From assembly GCA_026770705.1 (NCBI GenBank), contig JANJGN010000020.1, forward strand, positions 21,328,001-21,392,000: DNA of 64,000 nt. Direction: 5' to 3'. Positions 24,500-36,999 of the stretch are shown one piece after another (position 1 is the first letter of the stretch; every line of letters starts with the position of its first letter). The position numbers and the translations under genes are program-made. This DNA comes from Isurus oxyrinchus (Eukaryota). The notes beneath the pieces were generated by a model. It did not search any database. It was not told the DNA's origin and saw nothing but the letters and a program-made list of their open reading frames with translations.

Positions 24500-27225
24500 C
24501 AAGATAAAGCAGAAAAAGAAAGCTTACAAAAGCTTAGAGGTGTATAGAAAATATAGGGCTAAAGTGAAAAATGAAATCAGGAAAGCAAAGAGAGAATATG
24601 AAAGGATATTAGCAAATAAAATCAAGGAAAACCCAAAGTTGTTTTATCAGTGCTTTGAGAGCAAGAGGATAACTAAGGAAAGAGTAGGGCCTTTCAGGGA
24701 TGTACCAGGTAACTTATGCATTGATGCAGAAGATGTGGGCAGGGTTCGTAATGAGTACTTTGTCTCTATCTTCAAAAAAGAGAGGGATGATGCAAACATT
24801 CTAGTTAAAAAGAGAGGGATGATGCAAACATTCTAGTTAAAAAGAGAGGGATGATGCAAACATTCTAGTTAATGAGGAGGAGTGTGAAATATTAGATACA
24901 ATAAGCATAACGAGAAAGGAAGTTCTGCATGGATTGATACCTTTGCAAACCAAAGTAAAAATAACATTAACGTAAGTGAAGTAAAGTTAAGACATGGCAG
25001 GGCAGCTCGGTCGTGTGGAATGCATGTCCTGTAGTATGTGGGAAGTCGTAGATGTTATGAGTGGCCTAGAAAACCACATGTGCAGGAAGTGTCACCAGCT
25101 GCAGAAAACTTGAGCTCTGGGTTTGGAGCTTGAGAGGCGGCTGGAGTCACTTTGGCGTATCTGCGAGGCTGAGAGCTACGTGGATAGCACACCCAAAGAG
25201 GTGGTCACATTGCAGGCTAGGAGCATGGAGGCAGAAAGGTGACTTCTAGGCAGTTCAAGAGAATCAGGCAGCTGGTGCAGGAGTTCCCTGAGTTCCCCTC
25301 TCACTAATTGGTTTTCCGTTTTGGATGTTGGAGAGGGCTTTGGTTCCCCGGAGGAGTCAGTCTGAGCCAAGTTCATGACACCATGGGTGGCTCAGCTATA
25401 CAGGAGGGGAGGAAGTAAAGGAGAAGAGCAGTAATGACAGGGGATTCATCAGTTAGAGGAATAGACAGGCACTTCTGTGGTTGCAGATGTGGTTCCAGGA
25501 TGGTATGTTGTCCCCCTGATGCCTTATGCGTTGATGCAGAAAAAGTGGGCAGGGTCCTAAATGAGTACTTGTCCCTGTCTTCACAAAAGGAGAGGAATGA
25601 TGCAGACATCTTACTTAATGAGGAGGAGTGTGAAATGCTAGATACAATAGCATAACAAGAAAGGAAGTACTGGAGGGACTGACATCCTTGAAAGTAGATA
25701 AATAACCATGGATTGTATCCCAGGCTGTTAGAGGAAGCCAGGGAGGAAATAGTGGATGCCCTGAGGATCATTTTTCAACCCTCGCTAGATACAGGCGAGG
25801 CACCAGAGGATTGGAGGTCTGTGAACGTTGTCCCATTGTTTAGAAAGGGTGCAAGGGATAGGCCAAATAATTACAGACCGGTCAGTCTGATGTCGGAGGT
25901 GGAAAAATTATTACGATAAATTCTGAGAGCCAGGATAAACTCATTTAGAAAGGCAAGGAGTAATCAAGAATAGTCAGCACAGTTTTGCTAAGGGAAAGTC
26001 ATGCTTTACCAGCTTAATTGAATTTTTTGAGGAAGTAATAAGGAAGATTGATGAGGTTAGTGCAGAGGAATTTAGTAAAGCATTTGACAAGGTCCCAGAT
26101 GGCAAACTGGTCAGAAAAGAATGGGCTACAGGGAATGTGACGGGTTGGATCCAAAATTGGCTCAGTGACTGCAAACAATGTGTAATGGTTGATAGGTGTT
26201 TTTGTGAATGGAAACTGGATTCCAGTGGTGTTCCACAGGGCTCAGTGTTGGGCCCCCTACTATTTGTTGTATATATTAATGATTTGGACTTAAATGTGGG
26301 AGGCATGATTGGGAAATTTACAGATGACACAAAAATCGTCCATGTATTTGACAGTGAGGAGGATAGCTGTGGACTCCAGGATGATATCAATGGTTTGGTT
26401 GAGTGGGCAGAAAAGTGGCAAATGGAATTCAGCCCAGAGAAGTGTGAGGTAATGCCATTTTCGAAGGGCGAACAAAGCAAGGGAATACTCAGTAAACAGG
26501 AGGCTATTGAGAGGAGTAGATGAAGTGAGAGAAGCATATCCACAGGTCCTTGAAGGTGGCAGGATAGGTAGATAAGATGGTAAAGAAAGCATATAGGATG
26601 CTTTCCTTTATTTCATGAGGTATAGAAATCAAAAGCAGGGATGTAATAGTGGAACTGTGTAAAACACTGGTTAAGCCACAGCTGGAGTTTTGAGTACAGT
26701 TCCGGTCTCCATGTTACAGGAAGGACATAATTGCTCTGGAGGGAGTACAACGACATTTTCCACAAATGCAGCCAGGGCTGGAAAATTGCAACTATGAGGA
26801 AAGATTAGGGTTATTGTTTTCCTTAGAACAGACGAGGCTGAGGGGTGACTTGATTGAGGTTTACAAAATTATGAGGCGCCTAGATTGGGTAGACAGGAAA
26901 GACTTGTTTCCCTTCAAAGAGAAGTCGATTATCAGGGGCACAAGTTTAAGTTGATTGGGAGGAGGATTAGAGGGGATATTAGGAAATTGTTTTTCACCCA
27001 GAGGGTGGTAAGTGTCTGGAATTCACTGCCCGGATTGGTGGTTGAGGCAGAAACCCTCAACTCATTTAAAAGGTACCTGGATCTACGCCTGAAGTGCTGT
27101 AACCTGCAAGGTGACAGGCTGGGTGCTGGAAGGTGGGATTAGAATGGGCGGCTAGTTTTTACAGTCAGTGCATAGACATTGGGCTGAATGGCCCCTTTCT
27201 GTGCTATAGCTTTTCCATAGTTCTA
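24500..27225 (+). mobile_element. composite CR1 LINE: ORF2 fragment + ORF1 5' fragment + ORF2 RT to 3' tail
   Basis: KAKREYERILANKIKENPKLFY (24500-24945); ORF1 zinc finger CMSCSMW..CRKC and esterase GDS motif (24994-25520); RT GVPQGSVLGPLLF..FTDDTK; tail gggctgaatggcccc. Confidence 0.9.
24775..24872 (+). repeat. perfect 32-bp tandem repeat x3
   Basis: aaaaagagagggatgatgcaaacattctagtt occurs three times. Confidence 0.97.
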
Positions 27226-27550
27226 TGATGCAAGACCGTCCAAAGATTGGCCAAAGTATCTCTCATCTTAAAATCAAGGCTAGATTTAGACTATTCTGCA
27301 TCAGCATTATCCTATACCGATCAGTTATATCATGCCTTGGTGCCCCTTTTAAAGCTGCTTTGGCTTTATATTTATCTTCAGGTGTGAGACCAACTGAAGG
27401 AGGGAGATTTTCAGCATTTGGGCTTCATGTCCACTGTAGCACAACTGCCCCTGGTTCAACCAAGCTTTTAAGTTGCAAATGTTTCACGAGAATCTGCCAG
27501 ATTTTGTTTTCGAGTTTTTTTAACATAAAAAAAGAGATAATAGGACTGTC

Positions 27551-27649
27551 TGTTCTGTTGAAGGGTCATGAGGACTCGAAACGTCAACTCTTTTTTTCTC
27601 CGCCAATGCCGCCAGACCTGCTGAGTTTTTCCAAGTAATTCTGTTTTTG
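27551..27649 (+). mobile_element. 99-bp Penelope terminal-repeat insertion containing a hammerhead-like motif
   Basis: Perfect 13-bp TSD taataggactgtc (27538-27550 / 27650-27662); homologous to 54387-54490. Confidence 0.85.
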
Positions 27650-28709
27650 TAATAGGACTGTCACCTCTACCAGCACTAAACAATTTCATTGGCATTACTT
27701 AGTGACACGTGTAGTGTTTTTTTGCAATTTGCAAGTGCAGGTCAAACAGTAAAACCTAATGCTGCCAGTGCATGCAATTCCAAAGGGAATTATTGATCTT
27801 GAGTAATTCCATCAGTATATGACAGAATTGCTGTTGGATTAGGTCTTGCAGGAATAACCCAGCCTCAAGTATTTCAGTGTGAGGCAACTTACAAACAACC
27901 TTTGTTACCAGACCTTAACCTTATTAGAACTACTTTTAAAGTTCAAGATATACAGGATGGGGTGAAGCACAATATCCAAGAACAATCCACTCCAACAAAC
28001 CGCAATACCATCTGTAAACCTCTTTTCACTTTCGCCTTTGTCTTCCTTATTAGGATGTTTTGATAAGAATCGTTCTGCCACATCCCTTTCTGTGTGTCCC
28101 AGAGGAAATGTAGCAGAAGCAAAGACACTTTTAAGAATAAACTATTTACAGCCATTGAAAATATTTTGGGAGAAGTTAAGCATTTAAAAGCGGACATTCA
28201 TTGAAATTTATAGGAAGTCTCTCCTGTAAGTATTCACATGTGATTTAAACAATGTTCTACAGTACTCCAGTCCTTTGATTTCAAAAGGGCATTTTGTTCC
28301 CATGCTTTCGGGAGAGAAACCTCCTACAGATTTTCTCTTAAGTGAAGATAATCAGAAATTCCCACTGGATTCCCTTGACCTTATAAACAAAGGTCACAAT
28401 TTTTGAAAGTTGCTGCAACTTGCTGAAGGGAAGAAGTTTGACTTAACAAAGTGTCATTTCCTTCTCTGCTCGTCTGAAGCTTTAACCCTCATCTACATGA
28501 CTCTTGTGCTCCATTAGAACACTAAAAGTGTCCTGGTCTCGTGAGACAATGTCTTAAGTCATTTGCTTCTAAAGTTCATCTTCCATTTCCCCACTTCTGC
28601 TAATGTCCAGATATGTTTAGTATTTTGCTGAATTAAAAGATTGTAGGCAACTTCTAATATAGGTAAGTGAGTAGGCTTCGGTGGAGGTGAGGTCAAAATC
28701 GCGGATGAC

Positions 28710-31700
28710 TGTTTTGAGTTGAAAGACAGCAATGCTTCCTAGTGTCCTTCTTAGTGACAGTCTTTATTGAATTGATTGTAGGATAGCTGCTTACAGAGCT
28801 TCCCTCATGGCAGAAGTCACATGGCTACAGCAAGACAGATAGGGCATGTAGTACAATTGCATTTCAAAACCCAAACATCCGCCTTTTCATAACAAAAAGA
28901 TCTAAACATCCCTTTTTTTCTAACAAACAGAAGACACATTTGCATGCACAATTATATGTAACTGTGAATTACCCAAGTTACTCACTGTACACCAACTTTT
29001 CTCATGCATTAACAACTGTTTGTTCTACTAGTCCGTCTCAGCCCCTGCATTGCATACATAGTCTTTAAATCGTGCAGGTCTTTTAATGGTATGCATTGTC
29101 ATTGGCTGTTCATCTGGGCTATGTTCCTTGTCCAGAGTATGCCAATCCCATAGCACTTGTTGCCATGGTAACTGTTGTTGTTCCATTGCCATTGTTGGGG
29201 ACTAGTGGACCCCTGAGATTGATGTAATTATGTACTCAGTACAGCTGGTGAAATCCCTATTCCCTGTCTGGCCGATTGCTGTGAAGGAGTAGCTTCACTA
29301 GTTGTGCATATATGCCTGCACTTGCACTAGTATATTTGGTCGTTCACTTACACCACATACGATCAAGGTGACAATTTCTCTACGCATGTCCCAAGTTTCC
29401 ATGTGGGCTGACTCCTGTTGAGTAAATTGAAGGTGTGTACCCTGACTGGTTCTCCAGTGCTTAGCTCTGGTAATATTTTGGCAGTATTATCAAAATGAAA
29501 TTTAGCTTTCTGCCATCTGATCACTTGATTTTTTCACTCACACCTGTTGCTACTTCTGGTTTCAGTAGTTTTTAGCAATTGGAAATGCAGTTTATAGATG
29601 GTATTGCAATTGGATGCATGTGACATTTGTTTTTGGACTGGACTACTCTCCATGCCTTCATTCGGTGTGTTTCTCCATTCGAGGATTGCCCTGTGTACAT
29701 CAGTGCTAGATTTACTCAATTTCTTGATGATTCCTTTGGTGATTTTCACTGCCACCTCAGCCTTTCTATTTGACGGGGGATAGTGCGGAGACGATGTGTA
29801 GTGCTGAATTTCCCAATCCTTTGTGAATCGGCTGAATTCTTCACTTGTGAACTGAGGGCCATTGACACTCATCACAATGTCTGGAATGCCATAATGACTG
29901 AAGTGGGCTTTCAGGCATACTACTTTTTCTCCTGTTGTCAGTGAAGTCAGATGGTCTCATTCCCAGTAGTCAGAATAGTAGTCTACAGTGACAAGATAAT
30001 CAGCTCTTCCTATAGCGAAGAGGTGTACTCCCAGCTTCATCCGTGGTCCGTCTGGGATGTCATGTGTCATCAACAGCTCTCTAGCTTGTTTAGCTTCATA
30101 CTCATTACAAGCACAGCACTGACCTATGTGGTCTTTAATTTCATCGTTCATGTTTGACCAGTAGAGCACTTCTCTTGCCTGTCTCAGACTTGATGCAATT
30201 CCTTGATGGCTTGCATGGATGTGCTTCAGTATCTCTCCCCTTATCTCCTTAGGGATGATGACTCTAGTTCCCTTGTACAAGATGCTATCTTGGACTGTCA
30301 ATTTATCTCGGTATGCCCAATTTGCTCTTGTGACCACAGGTGTGTCCTTGATGCTCTCAGGCCATCCTTTCATCACTACTTCTTTTAGTGCTTGGAGAGT
30401 TGCATCATGTTGGGTAGTTTGATGAAGGTACTTGTCTGTCAGATTCAACATCTCTGCTGGGTTGATGACTTCCAGATCATGTCGAGCTGCTACTTCACAC
30501 TGAGTCTCTGTTAGCATGTTTAGGGTTACCAGCCCAAGCTTTAGACATGCTCTAGCTGAGATGAATGGCTGTGGTGTCCCATCTATGATCTGAAACTGTA
30601 AATCTTCCTTCTTGTCAATGCATTGAGCTCTCAGACTAACCTGTACTCTTGATATGAGTATTGTGCCATCATATAGCCTCAACCTCACTTTCAAGTGCTT
30701 CAGTTTTGGATCACCATGTTGAGATACTTCATACAGGTCCATAAAGGTCATTATGTTGCATGACCCACCAGTGTCTATCTGTCGCTTCTTGTTCATTTGA
30801 TCTCTCCTTCTGCAGTCAGAATCATAATAGTCACAATCATTTCTCACCTACAGACTTGATGGAACCAACCTGTTGTATCATGTATAGTTCTTCAACAAAC
30901 TCTTCTGCTGATATCTCTCCAGTGGCCATCTGTATAGGCTTGCTTTGCTTTTTCTTGTCAAACGCTTGTGTGCAAAATGATTCTGCTTCTTGCTATTAAA
31001 ACACTGCTTTCCCCACATTGGGCAATCCTCCTTTTCCTCCATGGTATTTGCATCCTGCCCTTTGTCTGTGATTGTCCTGCTCTTTTGGCCTGAAATGTCT
31101 CTCAGCATAATGTATCCCCTAGTCTGCTCTGTCATACATAGCTCTAACTGATGTTTTACAAGCTCTGCAATTCTACAAATATCTATCACTTTCCTGAGTG
31201 CACGTTTCTCCTCTTTCAGTAGACTTTCTCTCACTGAGGGGTCTCATATGCCTAAGACTAATCTATCTTTAATCAGATCATCTTTTAGCTGTCAAAATTC
31301 ACATGATTCTTGAGTTACTGTAGTCACATCCTGTTCAATGGGTTCTTTTTCTCCTTGAACTCTAGTGTTGAATATATAATGTTCATAAGTTATGTTCACT
31401 CGGGGTTCAAGGCTTTCAAAATCTCTGCCATCTGTTTTCTTTGTTTGTCGGTTTGATATGTGTAGTGTACAATTTGTAGCAGTCCCTCCATAGCAGTGTT
31501 AGAAGTGTGGCTACTCTTCTTGGTTCTAGCTTGTTAATTAAATCTACTGCCAGCTCGTGGTTTTGCCATTACCAGTGGGAAAATTGCCAGTTCTGCCACA
31601 AATCGCCTTTCATTTTGACAGGAAATAGGAGGGGGAGGTTTATTGTCATGTTCACTCACTCAGTGTTTTACTTGCAGCCTTGCCTTCAGTATTTGTTTGC

Positions 31701-31977
31701 TTTTCCTTGAACTTTTCCAACAGCTTTTAGCAGATTTGAATATTTCTGTGTTTTTAAGTTATGCCTTCTTTGCAGAATTTCCAGGATTTCAAAACTCTAT
31801 TTTATCTCCACTTCCTGACACCAGGAGCTCAAGCACAGCAGTGCTTCTTAGTGTCTTTCTCAGTGAGATTCTTCACTGAACTGATTGTAAGATGGCTGCC
31901 TTTAGAGCTTCCTTATGGCAGAGGTCACATGACTACAGCATGCCAGATGGGACATGTTGCATTTCAAAACCCAGACA
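28710..31977 (-). mobile_element. Gypsy/Ty3 LTR retrotransposon, internally deleted (gag-PR-IN, no RT/RNase H)
   Basis: LTRs ~31825-31977 and 28710-28877 (TGT...ACA on minus). tRNA-Leu-type PBS TGGTGTCAGGAAGTGG at 31808-31823 and PPT at ~28878-28887. Gag knuckle remnant CPMWGKQC..NHFA, protease IDTG, integrase HASHQG..CCAC, VDYYS, NGPQFTS, SSPHYPPSN..AE. Confidence 0.92.
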
Positions 31978-32416
31978 AATGGCAAGTGTGTTGGGAAGCC
32001 AGCTCCAACCTGCCAACTTCTACATTTCAATCCAGAGTGTTAGGCTGTGTGTAGGCAACGGCCGTGGGAGAGGTAGCTGGTTGATTTCAATATGTAAATT
32101 GATCAATTAGAATGATACTAACAGTGATTTCACAATTTAGCTTTGAATTCACAGGTTTCCTGAGTTTTCTGGAACTCACCAGTGAAAGCAAGATGGGAAC
32201 ACAGCAGCAATTGAGAGGGATGAAGACATGACAGTAAAATATGCCAAGAAGTATTCAGCATTCACCATTGCTTTCCTACCTGCTTTTGTGAAATAGTTCA
32301 TTCACAGTACTTGCACTAAGAGGTTGCCTTAAACACTTTTGATATTAATTTACATTGACACTTTGGAGGTTCAGAGGTCTGGTCTGCACTTTGGAGATCT
32401 GATTTATCAGATCAGC

Positions 32417-33400
32417 ATGGGTTTTGCTTACAGCGTGTCAGGAAGCCGGACCAAAGGATGTGGACCAACGTGACCAGCAGCAACACCTGCATCCACAGGA
32501 GTTGCACCAGCAGTACAAACAGCCTGCTGCTCACAGACCTGCTGCTTGACATGAAGGAGGGCTTCAGCAGAGAGATGTAGCTCATAGGAGATCATGCCTA
32601 GCACACAGGGCCTACAAGCGGAGGAGAAGATTCCTCAGTATGTTGGAACACCAATGCCTCAGGAAGCTCAAGGTGTTGTGTCAGGTGGTGGGGGATAATT
32701 ACAGCCTGCTAGAACAAGACCTGCTGCCAATTGGACCTGGTGGCCATGCTTGACCGGTGGTTGTCAAAATTGCCGCCACCCTCAACATTTTTGCCTCTGG
32801 ATCTTCCCAGGCCTCTTCCAGAGACATGTGCAGGATCTCCCAGTCGGCAGCCCACAACTGCAGTAGGCAGGTGACTGATGGCTTCTTTGCCAGGAGGGTG
32901 AGAAAATCTGTGAGCTTTGCCTGCGATGATGCCAGTCAGAATGAGGAGGAACCTAGGTTTGTGGCTCTGGCTGGTTTTCCACAGGTTCAAGGCATCACTG
33001 ACTGTACACATGTAGCAAATAAATACACCCCAGAAGTGTATGTCAGCCGCAGTGGTATGTCAACTACAAACCACAAATGCTCCACTCCATCAGTGTGCAG
33101 CTGTTGTACAACCACTTAATGCCCATGTGTGCAAGATTCCAGGGCAGCTGCCATGATACTTCAGTGCTGCGGCAGTCCAGTCTCTTCATACCTCAAAATG
33201 GAGTTACAGGTTGTCTGCATGGAGAAAAGGGATACCCATTTAAAACATGGCTGATGAGACCTCCGAGCAACCTGAAAAATGAGGCCCAAGAGTGAGCCAG
33301 TGAAGGCCATTTACCATCGCATACATGATTGAACAAGCTGAAGATGTTCTTCAGATAGCTGGGCCAATCTGGAGGCATTCAGTACCCAGAATGGTTCTGG
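32417..33400 (+). pseudogene. PIF/Harbinger transposase (HARBI1-like DDE nuclease), frameshifted
   Basis: LNIFASGSSQ..CRISQSAAH, AGFPQVQGITDCTHVA, ARFQGSCHDTSVLRQS and GEKGYPFKTWLMRP across ORFs 32757-33295. Confidence 0.88.
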
Positions 33401-34104
33401 TGTTCTGAGTTGCATACAAACTTGTGCAGCAAGGAGGTTTGGACCTGTGGGGGAACAAGGGACAGACCGCAGAGTCTGTTCAGACTATTCCGAAGAGCTG
33501 GAAGGTGATGCGAACAGTGCACAACCACATTCCTGCCTGGGGATTGCAAGGTCCACTTAGTTTCCACCTCCACATCCCTCTAACAATCGTAGGCAAAATG
33601 CACTTTGCCTCACCCCCACTCCCAGCCAATTTCATTAATATAAAGCAGTCCTGCAACCAACCAAGCCTCCCTTTCAAATCCCTCATTGTTTGGGGTGGAC
33701 AACTGAAAAGGCCGCCAAGAATGGGCAAGATAGAAATGTTGTGTATAAGAATTATACTTACCTGGTCCAAATAAAAAACAACATAACACCCTTAACAATA
33801 TGCAACACACCCATGAGCATACCCTTGTGCAACTATAAATCTTTACTCTTCCTTTTCCTTGCACTCCTACATGGTACAACCATGTGTTTTCAGCAAAGGT
33901 AGAGGGTGCTTCTCAGATCCTTGCTCTGACTGCTGAGATGTTTTTGCCTGATGACCTCTGGGGTTTAGGAGTCCATGAGGACCCCATCAAAGACTGCTCC
34001 CACCTGCATTCCTGCAGGGGGGGACTCGGACATTGGACATGAAGCAGCAATGTCACGCATTGATTGGGGGTGGGGATGGGTGAGATCCTAATTTGCTGGG
34101 ACAT

Positions 34105-34420
34105 TTCTACCATCTACAAGAAAGAAGTCAGGAGTGTGATGGAATACTCTCCACTTGCCTGAATGAGTGCAGCTCCAACAACACTCAAGAAGCTTGACAC
34201 CATCCAGGACAAAGCAACCTGCTTGATTGGCACCCCACCCACTGGCTCAAACATTCACTCCCTCCACCACCGGCACTGCCATGCAGACCATCTATAAGAT
34301 GCACTGTAGAAACTCACCAAGGTCTCTTCAACAACACCTTCCAAACCCACAACCTCAGCAACCTCAGAGGACAAGGGCAGCAGACACATGGGAGCACCAT
34401 CACCTGCAAATTTCCCTCCA
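34105..34420 (+). mobile_element. LINE 3' fragment (second family)
   Basis: Homologous to 56460-56780 (atggaatactctccacttgcctg...agctccaacaacactcaagaagc). Confidence 0.8.
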
Positions 34421-34673
34421 ACAAATCATACTGTAATGCAGTGGCTTGGCTGTGTTAAAAAGCTCCTGACAGATGGGATTTATGCCCTTCCTGGATTCCC
34501 AGGCATTACTGGCCCCCACCCTTCCTACTGCTGAAGTGTCAAAATATTAAAATCCAGATCCGTGCTATGGTGCTTGTCTGATATTTTCAAAAGTTTTGGT
34601 GCTGGTATAAGATGTAAAAGATCTGCCCTTATGCTGCATGGTCCTACTTTAAAAACCACATACACGTTGTGTA

Positions 34674-34820
34674 AAAGTAACGGATGCTGCAAGTCTGAAA
34701 TAAAAACAGAAAACGCTGGAAAAATTCAGCAGGTCCAGCAGCATCTGTGGAGAGGAAATCAGAGTTAACCACCAATGCTGCCACACCTGCGGAGTTTTTC
34801 CAGCATTTTTTGTTTTTATT
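34674..34820. mobile_element. Penelope terminal-repeat fragment, inverted (head-to-head) arrangement
   Basis: aataaaaacagaaaacgctggaaaaa ... tttttccagcattttttgtttttatt. Confidence 0.75.
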
Positions 34821-35021
34821 ATACATTGTATAATGTACTCAGTTGGAGCAATCTCTTCATGCTGAACCAAACCAGTCTTCCCCTGATGATGTTACCTACA
34901 TTGAATAAATAAAACGCAAATAATTAAATGAGTATCAAATGGAACAGAGAAAAGGGCCAGAGTTTTAGGTCTTCATAATTTATTTGTAATGATTCAAGGA
35001 TCACTGATAAGTATGATACCA

Positions 35022-36304
35022 GGGGAATTCTAACCCCATTCCTAAGACAGGTAGGACAGGCTCAGCGGTGTGGGGGTGCTGGTGTTGGGGTGTTAAAAAG
35101 ATTTAGGTAAACCCAGTCCCAATCCACCACATATGCGCTTTTAAAAATGTATTCTTTCACGGGATGTGGGCGTCACTGGATAGGCCAGCATTTATTGCCC
35201 ACCCCTAATTGCCCTGAAGATGATGGTGATGAGCTGCCTTCTTGAACCGCTGCAGTCCATGTGGTACAGTGACCGCCAGTGCTGTTATGGAGGGAGTTCC
35301 AGGATTTAAAAAAAAAATTCTTTTATGGGATATGGCACCTAATTGTCCTTGAATTGAGTGGCTTGCTTGTGCATTTCAGAGGGCAGTGAAGAGTCAACCA
35401 CGGCTGTGGATTTGGAGTCACATGTAGGCCAGACCAAGTAAAGGTGGTAGATTTCCTTCCCTAAAGAACATTAATGAACCAGATGGGTTTTTAACAACAA
35501 TTGATGACAGCTGTCATTGTCACCATTACTGAGACTAGCTTTCCATTCCAGATTAATTTAATTGAATTTAAATTCCACCAGCTGTCATGATGAGATTTGA
35601 ACCCATGTCCCCAGAGCATTAGACTAGGCCTCTAGATTACTAGTCTGGTGACATTACCACTACACTACCATCTCCATTCCAAATCCAGCTGCTGCCATTT
35701 TTATATCCATCTTGTGCTAACAATTCCGTGAGGGAGACTCATCATTATAATAGTTAAATTGTTGCAGTTTGGAGCCTGATTTAAATTTAACTCTGGCTGG
35801 CTGGGCTTCCTGAGCTTGGGAAATCCGAAAAAATCAAAATTGAGACAGGAGCAGCCGGAGCAAGCAGGTAGATGCTCCACAGAGCACTGCTTGTGGGCCA
35901 GGAAGAACAGGAGTGTCTTCCCCAGCACCGAGGCAAATCTCCAGCCATGATCAGCTCCCCCCACCAAACCTGTGAATCCAAGTCTGTCTCCCCACCTCCC
36001 CCTCACCTTAACTGCCAGTCTAACCAATTTTCCCACATCTGCCCAGCAATCTCTCCTCGTCCTCCCTCCCTCTCAATTCCTGGGGTCCATCCCCAGCCAC
36101 TGCCTTTGACCACTGGCTTTCCAGCCCAGCAGCCAGCAAAGCTTGTCAGTCTGGTTGGCTACTGGGTGGGAAATTATTTAAAACTATGATAACAAAATCC
36201 TGAAAACCTCGGGGTCCCCAGGTTTTCCAGGTTCTCCCCTGCACAGAGCCCCCCACGAACATGCTTCCCTCAGTCCCTCTCTGCCTCCAGTAAATGTCGG
36301 GGCC
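35022..36304. mobile_element. MITE-like element interrupted by a LINE tail and a tRNA-SINE (about 35145-35675, minus)
   Basis: Left end ggggaattctaacccc, right end taaatgtcggggcc. The SINE head reverse complement shows A/B boxes at ~35595-35673. Confidence 0.6.
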
Positions 36305-36999
36305 ATCTTCTTTTCAATAATATTCAAGCTTCTAAGCTTATTTTATCACCCAGGATGAATGAAAAAGACAACAAGTCATTTCTGCCAAAACAATTAAAAT
36401 ATCGTTTTAAATGCAAGAGAGAGTTTTAATTACACTTAAAGCAATCAAGCAGTACAGTTGCAGTGTCTGATTTACAAAGAACCTAGATTATTTTTTGGCA
36501 GTTCTGTTAAACCTACCGAAATGCTGTCAAGTTTATAGTTTGCAAATTTAGTGCTTGGCTGTGAAGTGTTGATTAGCTTTTCTTAAGTTGGGCCAAAAAG
36601 GAAAAGAGGGTGATGTTTGGAGCACAACAGACAAATGCAAATCAATATCCAACCTACCAGAGCTTCCTGTCACCATGGGAACTTGGTTGATTGGCACCAT
36701 AATTTCCTGTATACAGATTCATGGTAGTTCTAACAACTGACATAAATTTAAGACAAACATATTATGAAACAACCAATATATCACAACATGCCAAATTCCA
36801 AAACCTCATCTAGAAGCAGCATGGGTAGAAAATAATAAAGGCCACAAGGTAACAATTGCCACCAGCTCGAGATGAACCAGCAGTAAAGTTGAAGAAGCTA
36901 ATCCGAATCACTATATGATGAATATGTAGAATGTTAAACGATTGAAGTAGTTAAACTGGGCACACCAAAAGGTAGGACCTAAAACACAACACAAGTTGA

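Noticed and set aside
24216-24836. 206-aa ORF
   Set aside because: Accidental fusion of MITE sequence with a CR1 ORF2 fragment
24775-24872. CRISPR-like 32-bp repeats
   Set aside because: No spacers, eukaryotic context, derived from CR1 ORF2
32417-33400. Domesticated HARBI1 gene
   Set aside because: Multiple frameshifts and stops, and E in place of the usual D in the GD.GY motif; a decayed transposon copy
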